A DNA stretch of 64,000 bases from Verrucomicrobiota bacterium (GCA_021772635.1 JAJFLP010000113.1:813-64812); one strand, 5' to 3'. Positions 46,962 to 58,356 are shown, counted from the first letter of the stretch. The notes: generated by a model from the letters alone, not told the origin. Numbers and translations: made by a program.

Positions 46962-48314
46962 ATGATCAACAGAATTGATAAGAACCTAGACCCGGTCACC
47001 GCAGAAGAAAAGGCGGCCCACAAAATCGTGAAGATTTTGAAGGATCGCGAATTCGACGCATATATTGTCGGGGGCGCGGTGCGCGATCGGCTACTTGATC
47101 TCGACCCAAAGGAAGTCGATGTGACTACAAATGCGACTCCGGAGAGTGTTCAGGAAGTCTTTCCGCGGACATACGCTGTCGGGGCTAAATTCGGGGTTAT
47201 TGTCGTCCTCATTGACGAGGTGCAAATAGAAGTAGCGACATTTAGAGAGGATCGCGACTACACTGACGGGCGACATCCTGATACGGTGGTTTTCTCCGAT
47301 GCTGAGCATGACGCGAACCGGCGTGACCTGACGATTAACGCGCTATTATATGATCCGATCGAACGTGTGATAATCGATTATGTAGAGGGACTTCGGGATC
47401 TGGATCACGGTTGTATACGCGCGATTGGCGACCCCGATGTCCGTTTTAGAGAAGACTATTTACGCACGCTCCGAGCAATTCGGTTCGCGGCAAGATTCGG
47501 TTTCACACTCGATAATTCGACTCGTCTGGCAATTGAGCGGAATGCTCCTGAAGTCAACAAAGTAAGTGCGGAAAGAATATTCGAGGAATTGACGAAGATC
47601 CTCACGGGTCCCGCACCGGATATCGCGTTTCGCTTGCTGGATACGTGCGGACTGCTGAGGGAGGTCCTCCCGGAAATACAGCGAATGAAAGGTGTTCAGC
47701 AGCCCGCAGAATTTCATCCGGAAGGCGACGTCTGGGAGCACACGCTGCTTGTTCTCAAGACAATGGATCACCCGAATCCGAAACTTGCATGGAGCGCGTT
47801 GCTGCATGATGTGGGGAAACCACCGACATTCTGTATAAACGACCGGGGCCGGGAATCGTTTCCACTACATGCAAAGATCGGTGCCGAGCTGAGTGTAGAG
47901 ATTCTAAGAAGATTCAAATGCTCTCGGGAGCATATCGAAGCTGTTCGTGACGCTGTTTATTACCACATGTCTTTCGCGGAAGTTAAGAAAATGCGGCGAT
48001 CGACGTTACGGCGGCTTCTAGCCCGGGAAACATTTGAAATGGAACTGGAGTTACATCGTATCGACTGTTTATCCTGTCACGAAAAACTCGGAAACTATGA
48101 TTTCCTGATTAAAACGCGGGAAGAATTCGATAACGAGCCTCCGATCCCTGCACCTCTTTTGACTGGCCGCGATCTTCTGGAACGGGGAATCCCCGAAGGT
48201 CGCCGGATCGGGCTGGTATTAAAGGACGCCCTCGAACTACAACTTAACGATGATCTCACGTCGCGCGATGCTGCGCTAAGGTGGCTCGACGATCAGTTAG
48301 CGAAGGAAGAGTAA
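46962..48314 (+). CDS. cca: CCA-adding tRNA nucleotidyltransferase with HD domain
   Basis: N-terminal polymerase-beta head (IVGGAVRDRLLDLDPKEVDVTTNATPE). HD motif region HDVGK. Confidence 0.8.
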   Translation: MINRIDKNLDPVTAEEKAAHKIVKILKDREFDAYIVGGAVRDRLLDLDPKEVDVTTNATPESVQEVFPRTYAVGAKFGVIVVLIDEVQIEVATFREDRDYTDGRHPDTVVFSDAEHDANRRDLTINALLYDPIERVIIDYVEGLRDLDHGCIRAIGDPDVRFREDYLRTLRAIRFAARFGFTLDNSTRLAIERNAPEVNKVSAERIFEELTKILTGPAPDIAFRLLDTCGLLREVLPEIQRMKGVQQPAEFHPEGDVWEHTLLVLKTMDHPNPKLAWSALLHDVGKPPTFCINDRGRESFPLHAKIGAELSVEILRRFKCSREHIEAVRDAVYYHMSFAEVKKMRRSTLRRLLARETFEMELELHRIDCLSCHEKLGNYDFLIKTREEFDNEPPIPAPLLTGRDLLERGIPEGRRIGLVLKDALELQLNDDLTSRDAALRWLDDQLAKEE

Positions 48315-48348
48315 CCGAGAAGAGTCGCTCGCGCTTGGTATTTGTCCT

Positions 48349-49923
48349 ATGCACAAAGTAAAAACGTTTGTTAATATTTCGTCTGCTATGTCTGTTAACA
48401 GCATCGCGATATTTGCCAGCCGGCTGAGCGGGCTTTTGAGGGACGTATTGTTCGCCATGTATTGGGGAACCGGCAACGCGCTTGGTGCTTTTTTCTTCGC
48501 ATTCACTATCCCGAACCTGTTCCGGCGAATCCTGGGTGAAGGCGCTTTGTCGGAAGCATTCATTCCGGTCTTTACGGAGAAATTGACGAAAGGCAGTCGA
48601 AAAGATGCGTTCCGGCTAGCGAGTACGGTGCTCTCACTGGCGGTAGCTGCGTTAACTGTACTTGTCGCGTTTGGGGTGGGGTTTTGCCTCTGGTTACAGC
48701 CGCTGATGACGAGCGAATTCGCACAGTTGGTCCTGAAGGTGCTTCCGATTTTACTCCCATATACTATTTTCATCTGCGTCGTCGGATTATTCAGCGGAAT
48801 CCTGAACAGCCTTAACCACTTTTCTATACCCGCCTTAACCCCGATAATTCTCAATCTAGTGCTAATAGCGACAGTCGTTTGGGTTTGTCCCCGGCTTGGG
48901 CCTGACGATACACGAAGATTGCTCGGTCTGGCCATCGCTGTCCTCTTCGCTGGGGTCCTGCAGTTGATTGCGCTCCTTCCATCTCTCGCCAATTTTGAAT
49001 TTCAATTCCGATTCAATCTGAATTGGCGATCGGCAGAGATTAAGGAGGTATTTCGGTTACTAATTCCAGGGGTCTTCGGTGCTTCTATAGGCCAGATAAA
49101 CGTCCTATGCGACCGGTTATTCGCGGGATTCCTCGGAGGTTACGCCGTAACGTCATTGTATTACAGTGAAAGAATAATATACCTCCCTATCGGAGTATTC
49201 GGCGTCGCACTCGCGACGGCGTGTTTGCCGGAGCTATCGCGGGCTCACGCGACTGATCGGACGGAGGAGATGATTGAGTCGTTGTTCTTCGCTCTGCGCC
49301 AAATTATTTATCTGACTATACCCTGTGCCGTGTTCATAATCCTGCTGGCGCCGACGATTGTTGACTTGCTTTACCGCCGCGGGAGTTTCGACGATGCAAG
49401 CGCTGCGTATACGATCGCGGCAATATTGTTCTACGCCCCCGGGATACCTGCTTTTGCTGCGGTAAAGATAATAAGGACCGGTTTTTATAGCAGAAAAAAC
49501 ACAAAAACGCCTGTTCAGGTAGGATGCCTTTGCCTGATAATAAATGTCGTACTTAATGCAGTGTTAATCGGACCGCTACAACACCGGGGGCTGGCGCTCG
49601 CAACAACGATCAGTTCGTATGTGAATTTAATAGCTTTAACTGTCATCTTTGCGCAAAGCCTAAAACCCTTCCGTCTTCCGATACGAGAATTTTGTCTGTC
49701 AATATTGCGAATTCTAACAGCGATCTCAGGATCGGGATTTATAATATGGATTCTCGATAAACACGTTATATATTGTAGCGGTTACGGCATTGTCGATAAG
49801 CTTCTCGCGTTCTTCGTCCCGTGCTCCGCCGGGTTGTTAGCCTACATCGTGTTTACGCTTTCGATCGGATCGCCGGAACCCAGGGAATTCGCCGCGAGTT
49901 TAAGGAAGAAGTTCGATCGTTGA
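48349..49923 (+). CDS. murJ: Lipid II flippase MurJ/MviN
   Basis: RDVLFAMYWGTGNALGAFFFAFTIPNLFRRILGEGALSEAFIPVF is a characteristic MurJ N-terminus, followed by a 12-14 TM topology. Confidence 0.85.
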   Translation: MHKVKTFVNISSAMSVNSIAIFASRLSGLLRDVLFAMYWGTGNALGAFFFAFTIPNLFRRILGEGALSEAFIPVFTEKLTKGSRKDAFRLASTVLSLAVAALTVLVAFGVGFCLWLQPLMTSEFAQLVLKVLPILLPYTIFICVVGLFSGILNSLNHFSIPALTPIILNLVLIATVVWVCPRLGPDDTRRLLGLAIAVLFAGVLQLIALLPSLANFEFQFRFNLNWRSAEIKEVFRLLIPGVFGASIGQINVLCDRLFAGFLGGYAVTSLYYSERIIYLPIGVFGVALATACLPELSRAHATDRTEEMIESLFFALRQIIYLTIPCAVFIILLAPTIVDLLYRRGSFDDASAAYTIAAILFYAPGIPAFAAVKIIRTGFYSRKNTKTPVQVGCLCLIINVVLNAVLIGPLQHRGLALATTISSYVNLIALTVIFAQSLKPFRLPIREFCLSILRILTAISGSGFIIWILDKHVIYCSGYGIVDKLLAFFVPCSAGLLAYIVFTLSIGSPEPREFAASLRKKFDR

Positions 49924-50059
49924 TAGACCGTGGTATTTCTTCGTTTTGAAGTAAGTGTCTTTTTTAGACCGCACGCACTCGAATTTTTGACCAATAACAG
50001 GTATTATTACGCATGGGATTCGTAACGGGATTTGGTTCCGCATGCGGGACCGCGGTCAT

Positions 50060-50150
50060 GAGTATACTGCAGGCAGTACAATTATTGAAAGCCTTCAAAC
50101 TTTCCACCTAAGGGATTCCGAGCGATATTTCAAGAACTCAATGGCGCTGG
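50060..50150. repeat. Modular repeat (atactgcaggcagtacaattattgaaagcc...aagggattccgagcgatatttcaagaactc)
   Basis: Shares modules with 34780-34810. Confidence 0.7.
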
Positions 50151-51169
50151 GTATACAACCCGCTACATTTTCCGATTTCTACTTACTTGAGACTATGGGA
50201 CTATTCACAAAAGACATTCACCCTTTGGAAGCGTACGTTCAAGGCGGGTTTCTTTGCTCGAAATGCAAAAAATTCATTGAGCTCGAAGGTTTACATCCGC
50301 TTGAAATGGGCCGCTGTCCGTATTGCGATACGCCGAACTTCATACCACAACGTATAAGCCAGTTTTGGTTATTTTACCCGCTTGGCGGCGGTGGTATGGG
50401 TGCGGTTTACAAGGCATATCATGAGGACGTCCGTGACGAGTTCTTCGCCGTAAAAGTACTCCCTCGGGAAAAAAAGACAGACCCGGAACTAATAGAGAAT
50501 CTTCAGTTGGAAGCTACCACGGTCACAGCGCTTGGATCACATCCGTGCATAATTGGCGGCATTGAGACGGGTTTCGAGGATGGCGAACACTATCTCGCGA
50601 CACAGTTCATTTCCGGCGAACGCCTGGACAAAAGAATCGATCGCCTCGGGAAACTGCCGGAGTTTGAAGTGGTCTCTATCGCCCTTCGCCTATTATCCGC
50701 GGAAGCGCATATTTACAACCAGGGTTTTCTCTTCCGCGATATGAAACCTGAGAACGTCATGATCACAGAGAAAAATGGTGCGTATCTTTATGACTACGGG
50801 ATTTGCCTCGACGTTGAAGAGGCGCAGAATCAGGCGGGGGATTATGTTGAGGGATCGCCGTTTTACATGCCGCCTGAACGCTTGTCCGGCGGCACCGAAG
50901 GAGCATATAGCGAAATCTACAGCCTCGGGATGGTACTTTATAATACCCTCGCGGGGAAAACATACTTCTCTGCAAAAGAGTTGAAGGAATTGGCCCGCAA
51001 GTTGGTGCAATCGGTGCGGTTGTCGAATATGGACAGCAAAATGAAAGCGATCACTCCGGAGCTCGCCATGATTATTGATAAAATGATTAAACGTGATCCA
51101 GAGAAGCGGTACCAGAATTTTGCGGACGTGGAAAAGGACTTCATTATATTTTTAAATGGGCAATTTTAA
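50142..51169 (+). CDS. Ser/Thr protein kinase with N-terminal zinc ribbon
   Basis: Zinc ribbon CSKC...CPYC. Kinase motifs GGGGMGAVYKA, AVKVL, FRDMKPENVMI. Start placed after the repeat element, at 50142. Confidence 0.7.
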
Positions 51170-51172
51170 ATA

Positions 51173-51268
51173 ACTAGACTGCAAGCAGTCGAATTTTCGA
51201 CGATCTCTTGCCATGGTAGGCAAAGATTTTAGAGAACTTGTCGAAAACTTGACTGGAGTTAGTATATC
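51173..51268. repeat. Modular repeat (agactgcaagcagtcgaattttcgacg...ggcaaagattttagagaacttgtcgaaaacttgactggagttagtat)
   Basis: Near-identical to 38010-38120 and 34812-34935. Sits immediately after the kinase stop, so it may act as a terminator. Confidence 0.8.
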
Positions 51269-52135
51269 ATGGCTGATACCTACGAATTTTCCTGCCCAAA
51301 CTGTTCCCAGGCACTGGAGGGGACCTACGATCATATTGGGTTAGAAACAGAATGTCCGGGATGCGGAAAGGCTTTTGTGATCCCTAACTTTCTCAATACC
51401 TCAATAATCGGTATGGAAGCAATTAAGGAGCTTCAAAACGAAGCATCCGATGAAGAGCTCGCGGAAGCCAAGAGGTCGAATACGTTCGTTTTCGAAACTT
51501 TCAGCGACACACAACTAGGCGACCTGGAACAGCTTGAGGGCAAGTTTCTTGACAAGGCGCGTAAGCTAAAGTGTAGAAACCGCTGGGAATACGCAATTGT
51601 CGCGGCGCTTTTAGACCATCGAATGGGGGATTTTCGTCAGGCCGTTAATACCGAATACGAGCAGGAACACCAAGGTAGCTGGCACCTGGGTCACGGTAAA
51701 TATGATACGTTTCTGAAAAAACACTGTCACGAATACTTCGATATAATCGCCGGCCTCGCGGGTATTCTCGGAGAAAGCCTGGATGCTGCGTTAAACAGTG
51801 GGGATCTCTCCGTGATCTTCCGGTTGGCGGATGAATTCCAAGTTCTCGTCGGACGTTTAACTGAATTTCATCAGGCGAATTTCAGCGAACGAGTGCCGCA
51901 CAACGTGGCGTATATACAGGTAAATGAAGCCATGATTGGTTGGGCACCGGAGATATGCGGGAGTCTGGATAAAGTTATTGTTAATTTGATGAAAAATTGT
52001 TCAAAAATGCGCGACTCATGGACTGTCACCCCTCAGATTTCTTTTGTCGGGACGTCATTACCAATACTGTTTAATGCTTCCGGGACGCTGAAGATCGGTT
52101 TCACGAAACCGCAAACCGTCCAAGCCAGTATATAG
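51269..52135 (+). CDS. Hypothetical protein with N-terminal zinc ribbon paralogous to that of the adjacent kinase
   Basis: FSCPNCSQALEGTYDHIGLETECPGCGKAFVIPNF aligns with the kinase segment CSKCKKFIELEGLHPLEMGRCPYCDTPNFIP. The remaining 240 aa are unassigned. Confidence 0.5.
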   Translation: MADTYEFSCPNCSQALEGTYDHIGLETECPGCGKAFVIPNFLNTSIIGMEAIKELQNEASDEELAEAKRSNTFVFETFSDTQLGDLEQLEGKFLDKARKLKCRNRWEYAIVAALLDHRMGDFRQAVNTEYEQEHQGSWHLGHGKYDTFLKKHCHEYFDIIAGLAGILGESLDAALNSGDLSVIFRLADEFQVLVGRLTEFHQANFSERVPHNVAYIQVNEAMIGWAPEICGSLDKVIVNLMKNCSKMRDSWTVTPQISFVGTSLPILFNASGTLKIGFTKPQTVQASI

Positions 52136-52215
52136 AAATATTCTTGTTATACTGCCCGCGATCTCTCTGCATAAGCCAGAGTCCAGGACATTCTGAATCG
52201 GGATTTAACAACAGT

Positions 52216-54186
52216 CTACTTCTTTAAATCCGCGATGATACGAGTCCCTTCTGAAACGATCAAATCGCTGATCAACCGATTCAACCGCGAAGTGTCGTTA
52301 ACCGGGGTACCTTCTGCCAGCAACGCCTGATCGTAAATCAGCGCCGCGTAATCCTGTAGTTTCTTATCGTCTTTGTTGTTTTTGTACAAACGAAGGATAA
52401 TACCCATTATCGGATGCTTGGGATTTAATTCAAGGATTCTCGTCGTTTTCGGCGCATCTTGGTTCATTGCGGCGAACATTCGCTCCATGTGCGGACTCAT
52501 TCCGAATTCGTCAGCAACCAGACAACTAATACTATCGGTAAGGCGTGTTGATATTCTTACATCCTTTACCTGGTCGTTCAGATTTTCTTTGAGAAATTCG
52601 ATAAGCTTACCAAATTTCTTTTCGTCTTTTGTTTTTCCCTTTTCATCCTTCTTCTTTTCGTCTGCATTATCGCCCGCGAAGTCCAAGTCCATATCTCCCC
52701 GGTCGATTGCTTTTAGCGGTTTTCCGTCATACTCACTCAAGCTCTGAACGGCCCATTCATCGACAGGATCCGTCATATACAGGACCTCGACGTCCTTCGA
52801 TTTAAATATTTCCAGGTGCGGCGAGCTCGTGACTGCGTCCCGACTGTCTCCCGCGAGATAATAAATTTCCTTTTGCCCGTCTTTCTGACGCGATACGTAG
52901 TCTCGAAGCGAAGTAAATTCGCCGGGTTCAGTTTTCGAGCTTTCGAACATGATCAAATCCTGCAATTTTTCTTTGTTCGCGAAATCAAAGTGTACCCCTT
53001 CCTTGAGAACTCGGCCGAATTCCCGATAGAATTTTAGATATTCATCAGGTTTCTTGGTCTTCAGCTCCTTGAGAGTTTTTAGAATCTTCCCGACAAGACT
53101 CTTTTGAATCTTATTAATTACCGCATTCTCCTGTAGGATTTCGCGCGAAATATTGAGCGATAAGTCGTTAGATTCGACGACACCTTTAACGAATCTTAGA
53201 TATTCCGGTAACAGATCCTTGCAATCGTCCATTATGAAGACGCGTTTGACGTATAGTTGAATCCCCTTGCGATCATCGCGCGTGTGGAAAAGGTCGAACG
53301 GTGCCTTACCGGGAATGTAAACGAGCGCCTTGAACTCCAGCGCGCCTTCGGCAGAAAAATGAATGACTTTGAACGGATCTGTATAATCGTGTGAAATATG
53401 TTTATAGAACTCGTTGTATTCGTCTTTTTTAATTTCATTTTTCGGGCGCATCCAGATCGCCTTCATCGAGTTCAAAACCTGTTCTTCGATAACGGTTACT
53501 TTTTCCGCATCTTCCTGTGGATTCCCGTCTTTATCTTTCGGTGTCTCTTCCCTGGAGACATCCATTGCAACGGGGTATTCGACAAAGTCGGAGAATTGTT
53601 TTACGATTTTACGGATCTTCCATTCTTCCAGGTAGTCTTTCTTCTCCTCCTGCAAGTGCAAGCTTATCTCAGTCCCGCGTGAGTCCTTCTCACAGTCTTC
53701 AATCGTATAGCTCCCGTTACCTTGCGAAATCCAGCGTGTCGCGCCCGCTTCCCCCGCTCTTCGAGTCACCAAAGTGACTTCATCCGCGACCATGAACGAC
53801 GAATAGAACCCGACCCCGAATTGGCCGATTAACTCGAGACTATCTTTCGACTCTCCCTTTTTTAACTCTTCGAGGAACGCCCGGGTCCCAGACCGTGCGA
53901 TAGTACCAATATTCTTCTCGACCTCATCGCGAGTCATTCCGATTCCGTTGTCGCTGATAGTCAAAACCCCGGCATCGGGATCAAGCGTCAGTTTTATTTT
54001 CCAATCCGGATTCTCTTCGATAAGATCTTTATTTGTCAGCGCCTCGAACCGCAATCGATCAGTGGCATCGGATGCGTTGGAGATAAGTTCGCGTAAGAAG
54101 ATATCGTGATTTGAATACAGGGAATGAATCACCATATCCAGCAATTCTTTGACTTCTGATTTAAACTTCTTTTTGCTCTTCGACAT
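52216..54186 (-). CDS. htpG: Hsp90 chaperone HtpG
   Basis: [12 protein letters not shown]-lid motif and overall Hsp90 architecture. Confidence 0.9.
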   Translation of the reverse strand: MSKSKKKFKSEVKELLDMVIHSLYSNHDIFLRELISNASDATDRLRFEALTNKDLIEENPDWKIKLTLDPDAGVLTISDNGIGMTRDEVEKNIGTIARSGTRAFLEELKKGESKDSLELIGQFGVGFYSSFMVADEVTLVTRRAGEAGATRWISQGNGSYTIEDCEKDSRGTEISLHLQEEKKDYLEEWKIRKIVKQFSDFVEYPVAMDVSREETPKDKDGNPQEDAEKVTVIEEQVLNSMKAIWMRPKNEIKKDEYNEFYKHISHDYTDPFKVIHFSAEGALEFKALVYIPGKAPFDLFHTRDDRKGIQLYVKRVFIMDDCKDLLPEYLRFVKGVVESNDLSLNISREILQENAVINKIQKSLVGKILKTLKELKTKKPDEYLKFYREFGRVLKEGVHFDFANKEKLQDLIMFESSKTEPGEFTSLRDYVSRQKDGQKEIYYLAGDSRDAVTSSPHLEIFKSKDVEVLYMTDPVDEWAVQSLSEYDGKPLKAIDRGDMDLDFAGDNADEKKKDEKGKTKDEKKFGKLIEFLKENLNDQVKDVRISTRLTDSISCLVADEFGMSPHMERMFAAMNQDAPKTTRILELNPKHPIMGIILRLYKNNKDDKKLQDYAALIYDQALLAEGTPVNDTSRLNRLISDLIVSEGTRIIADLKK

Positions 54187-54414
54187 TATTACAGGTCCTT
54201 AATTTTATTCGGATCATCTTCTAGATCTCGATCGGTATTTCGAAAATCCGGTCTACAGTTCCTTCGCCGATATTCGAAAACTCGATTGCTTAAAGTCTAC
54301 TATTGCATTTCTTTTCGATAGTCCATACATGTATAATTTTTCCCGCGACAGTCAAATCTGATCCTAAAGATTTTCTCCGTCAACAACCAACCGTCCTGGT
54401 ACGGCCTTAGCATA

Positions 54415-55311
54415 ATGACAAAAGAACAATATTTGGATCCATCGATCCTGTCTAAAACCGACAACTACTTTCTCCTTGCCCGGACTATAGTGGAAGGGTT
54501 TATCACAGGTATGCACCGGAGTTTGTATCACGGATTCGGAAGTGAATTTGTTCATTACCGCAATTATACAGCGGGTGACGATTTAAAATATGTTGATTGG
54601 AAGGTGTATGCCCGGCTCGGCAAGCTTCAGGTCAAAGTCTTCCAGGAAGAGACCAATACGAATTGTTACATAGTGCTCGACACGAGTAAATCTATGGATT
54701 ATTCGGGCAGCGGCGAACGTGTCAGTAAATTGGAATACGGTAAGATTTTGGCTGCTTGTATTGCGTATATGGTCAGCCGCCAGGGGGATAACGTCGGATT
54801 CTATGCGTATGATAGTCAGTTGCGATCCTGTATTAAACCGGGACATCGAACCGGACAGGTCCAAAATATTTGCGGCGAACTGACTCGACTGCAAGCTCAT
54901 GGATCATGCGCTCATGATAAAATACTCGGTCAACTTGCTGAATTATTCCGGCGTCGCGGCCTGATTATTCTCATCACGGACTTTATGGAGACCGGTGACG
55001 GGTTTCGTAAGGCGATTCGGTATTTCCGAGTCTCTCACCATGACTGCATAGTTTTTAATATCCTGGACGACGATGAACTGAGCTTCCCGTTCGGTGATAC
55101 CGTGCGGTTTACAGACAGCGAGACGGGAAATGAGATCACGACGGCCCCTGAACTCGTTCGAGAACGGTATCTTAAAGCAGTTAACGCCTATTTTCAGGAG
55201 GTTAAGGACTTCTGCCGGGAGGATAATGTCGATTATAACCGCATTATGACATCGGCGCCGCTTGCGAAAGCGCTCTCCAGTTACCTTCATCGAAGGGAAA
55301 TGTTCAAGTAA
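54415..55311 (+). CDS. DUF58 (MoxR-associated VWA-like) protein
   Basis: YRNYTAGDDLKYVDWKVYARLGKLQVKVF and IVLDTSKSM are characteristic of DUF58. Confidence 0.75.
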   Translation: MTKEQYLDPSILSKTDNYFLLARTIVEGFITGMHRSLYHGFGSEFVHYRNYTAGDDLKYVDWKVYARLGKLQVKVFQEETNTNCYIVLDTSKSMDYSGSGERVSKLEYGKILAACIAYMVSRQGDNVGFYAYDSQLRSCIKPGHRTGQVQNICGELTRLQAHGSCAHDKILGQLAELFRRRGLIILITDFMETGDGFRKAIRYFRVSHHDCIVFNILDDDELSFPFGDTVRFTDSETGNEITTAPELVRERYLKAVNAYFQEVKDFCREDNVDYNRIMTSAPLAKALSSYLHRREMFK

Positions 55312-57284
55312 TGACATCATTCATGTTCCAGAATTCCGGGTTTCTTTTCGCGCTAGCCGCATTGGCTATACCAGTGGCCCTGCATTTGATTGACCGGCGC
55401 ATGTCGAAGCGAATTGTCTTCCCGTCAATCCGCTTTATACATAAAGCGCAGAAACTCCATTCGGGAAAGAGGCAAATACGCGACTGGTTGGTGCTTCTCA
55501 TTCGCCTCGGTATTTTAGGTTTGATCGTGATATTATTCGCTTCACCGATTCTAGGTCTAAAGTCGTTGTTCTCCGATACTCCAGCCGAAGAAGTCGTCCT
55601 GTTCTATGATCTTTCTGTAAGCATGGACAGAGAGAATTTTGAATCATTTATACGCACTGAAAGCGCGAAAGTCATTGAGGCGCATCCGCGGGCGCGGTTC
55701 GGATTCATCGGGTCGTCTGACAGAGTAATAAAACAGCTGGCCTTAACGGACGCTCGGCAACAGATTCATGATCAGATCAAGTCTCTGAGCCCCACCTTAG
55801 CGGCCGGAGATCACTTCGACGCGTTATTGTCGCTCGAAAACCTATTCACGCCGGGCGAAACAACGAAAAAATTTGTCTATATATTCTCTGATACGCAAGC
55901 CTACGACTGGAGCGCCTCGCGATTACCAGCTCTAAATATTGATGCGGAGTTCTTAATCGTGCGCCCCGGCGATAGTCGGTCGAATATGGCCATAATGAAG
56001 GTAATCCCGGAAATATTCGTAAAGGACGATACCCGTCGGTTGCGTGCAACGATTCAGGTTCACAATTTTTCGCTTAGTTCCAACAGCGCAAGGCTCAGAC
56101 TAACGGCTGGAAAAGACTCCGCTACGCGAGATATCAAACTACGCAGTGACCATAGCGAGAAGTTCGTGATAGATATCGATAATCTTACGTCTGACATCGT
56201 GGTTGCTGAAATAGAGGCGCCGGGAGACTATGTGCGCGACAATCGTTACTTTTTTTGGACAGGCCGGCGCGCCCCTATAAGAGTAGCGATCATCGCCGAC
56301 ACTGGATCTGATCCAGGAAAATCCGTGGAGGCTTTTTTTCTTAAGAACGCATTGTCGGTGTCCACGCCTGGAGAAATCGGATATGATGTTCACGTGGTTC
56401 CACCCGAGTTCATGTGGGATAATTCCTTAACGAGTTTTCATTGCATCTTCGATCTCGACACGGCGCACGCGTATACGGATATTGAGTTGGAGATCATAAA
56501 TGACTATCTCGAGAACGGAGGGACCATGGTACACTTTGCAGGGAGGAAGACCGCGGACGGGATCCTAAGACTGAATCAGGCGGATATTATTTCGTCACGC
56601 TTTTCCGGGTTTACGGGAGAGGTTAATCGCTTTCATTCATACACAATCAGCAGTATTGCCGAGAATTCCGCTATACTTTCTGCATTCAGGGAGGAAAAAA
56701 GCGATCTATTTCAGTTCCCCGTTTACAAATTCGCAAAACTTGAGCCTTCGAAGGGCGCCGTAGTATTACTTCGAATTCACGATGGAGATCCATTCCTGAT
56801 CCACGAGAAACGTTTGTCCGGCAGCGTGTTTATTCTCGCGACAAGCCTGGCGTCGGACTGGAGCGAATTTCCGACCTCGCTATCGTTCGTACCATTGGTT
56901 CGCCAAATCGTGGCATACGCACATTCCGGAGTGCGGCCGGGAATAATCGAATTGGCTGCAGGCGAAAATTCCAAGGAGAAATGGACTGCGGCCGGCCTTT
57001 CCGAGAATGCCGAGGTTCCGACCCAGCCAGGGGTCTACCTAATCGAGAATATACCGGTCGAACTCAACACGACCCGCGTCGAATCCGACCTGCGACCACT
57101 AAATGAGTACGAAGTTACCAACCGCTTGTCGGGAACCGGAAGTGCGGACAGGGGCACGACAACTTCGGGAATCGCGCCGCAACAGAACCGGTCGCTTCAG
57201 AAGCCGATCGCTTGGGCATTGCTTATTTTCTTCGTTTCAGAACTACTGATATCTAACCGGACGAGACAGGGAAAAATCGTCTAG
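55311..57284 (+). CDS. BatA-like aerotolerance-family protein (N-terminal double-TM domain)
   Basis: N-terminus MTSFMFQNSGFLFALAALAIPVALHLI matches the N-terminal double-TM domain. Overlaps the DUF58 stop by 1 nt. Confidence 0.6.
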   Translation: MTSFMFQNSGFLFALAALAIPVALHLIDRRMSKRIVFPSIRFIHKAQKLHSGKRQIRDWLVLLIRLGILGLIVILFASPILGLKSLFSDTPAEEVVLFYDLSVSMDRENFESFIRTESAKVIEAHPRARFGFIGSSDRVIKQLALTDARQQIHDQIKSLSPTLAAGDHFDALLSLENLFTPGETTKKFVYIFSDTQAYDWSASRLPALNIDAEFLIVRPGDSRSNMAIMKVIPEIFVKDDTRRLRATIQVHNFSLSSNSARLRLTAGKDSATRDIKLRSDHSEKFVIDIDNLTSDIVVAEIEAPGDYVRDNRYFFWTGRRAPIRVAIIADTGSDPGKSVEAFFLKNALSVSTPGEIGYDVHVVPPEFMWDNSLTSFHCIFDLDTAHAYTDIELEIINDYLENGGTMVHFAGRKTADGILRLNQADIISSRFSGFTGEVNRFHSYTISSIAENSAILSAFREEKSDLFQFPVYKFAKLEPSKGAVVLLRIHDGDPFLIHEKRLSGSVFILATSLASDWSEFPTSLSFVPLVRQIVAYAHSGVRPGIIELAAGENSKEKWTAAGLSENAEVPTQPGVYLIENIPVELNTTRVESDLRPLNEYEVTNRLSGTGSADRGTTTSGIAPQQNRSLQKPIAWALLIFFVSELLISNRTRQGKIV

Positions 57285-57318
57285 CCGCACGGATTAGCCG
57301 TAGGGGAACGTGTTGATC

Positions 57319-58356
57319 ATGACCTCGCAACAGCAAAAAAAAATCGTCGTTAATTTCGCGGAAAGCCTTGGCTTCGATATCGTTAGAGTTGCCTGTCCGA
57401 ACTTACCACAACAGCACGAAGCGACATTCGCACGCTGGATTGAGGAGGGGCAGCATGGGGATATGGATTATCTTGCAAGACGACTTAGAGAGGACAGAAC
57501 CATCGAAGATATCTTGCCCGGCGTGAAAAGCGTTATCTCGTTAGGCGTAAATTATTTCAGACCCGAAGAACGGTCGCGAAAAAACAGTGAAGGCTGGGTG
57601 AGCCGATACGCGACGACGCGTGATTATCATAAGGTTATTAAGAAAAAATTGATCGATTTAAGCCGGTTTATATCCGCCGAGTTTAGTGCTAACTCTAAGC
57701 CCTACGTTGATACCGGCCCGATTTTAGAACGTGCATATGCAGACTCCAGCGGTATCGGTTACATCGGGAAAAACACCTGTGTCATAACGGAAGACTTCGG
57801 TTCCTGGGTGTTTCTCGCTGAGGTATTAACGACATTGGATCTGCCGCATGACAAAATTGATACGAAAATTAACTGCGGCACATGCAGGCGCTGTATCGAC
57901 AAATGCCCGACCAACGCAATCAACGAAGATAGAACGATCGATGCGCGAAAGTGTATTTCATACCTAACCATAGAAAACAAAGGCGCGATTCCGATTGAAT
58001 TGAGGGATCTGGTCGGCGGGTGGTTGTTTGGATGCGATATTTGCCAGGAAGTATGCCCCCACAATATCCGGGCGGTACCTGCGAAGTTAGTTGACTTTAA
58101 TAAGATACGAATCAAGGATCGGCTCATTCCGCTGGCTGAGATATTAGGATTAAAGACAGACGCCGACTTCCTTCAGAAATTCGCGGGAACTCCCATCATG
58201 CGCGCAAAACGACGGGGACTGATAAGAAATGCGTGTGTCGTCGCCGGAAATTCCGGGCAGAAAGCGCTTATCCCAGCTCTCGAAACAGTCGCTTGTGAAG
58301 CCGACGAAATGCTCAAAGAACACGCGAACTGGGCGATCGAAAAACTTTCGAATTAA
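57319..58356 (+). CDS. queG: Epoxyqueuosine reductase
   Basis: 4Fe-4S clusters CGTCRRCIDKCP and CDICQEVCP. QueG-like N-terminus and HEAT-like C-terminus. Contains an A9 run at 57335-57343. Confidence 0.8.
   Translation: MTSQQQKKIVVNFAESLGFDIVRVACPNLPQQHEATFARWIEEGQHGDMDYLARRLREDRTIEDILPGVKSVISLGVNYFRPEERSRKNSEGWVSRYATTRDYHKVIKKKLIDLSRFISAEFSANSKPYVDTGPILERAYADSSGIGYIGKNTCVITEDFGSWVFLAEVLTTLDLPHDKIDTKINCGTCRRCIDKCPTNAINEDRTIDARKCISYLTIENKGAIPIELRDLVGGWLFGCDICQEVCPHNIRAVPAKLVDFNKIRIKDRLIPLAEILGLKTDADFLQKFAGTPIMRAKRRGLIRNACVVAGNSGQKALIPALETVACEADEMLKEHANWAIEKLSN

Noticed and set aside
57335-57343. A9 run inside the queG 5' coding region as a phase-variation site
   Set aside because: It encodes KK in a housekeeping tRNA-modification gene. 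It is plausible simply as codon usage. It is noted but not credible as a programmed switch without read heterogeneity.
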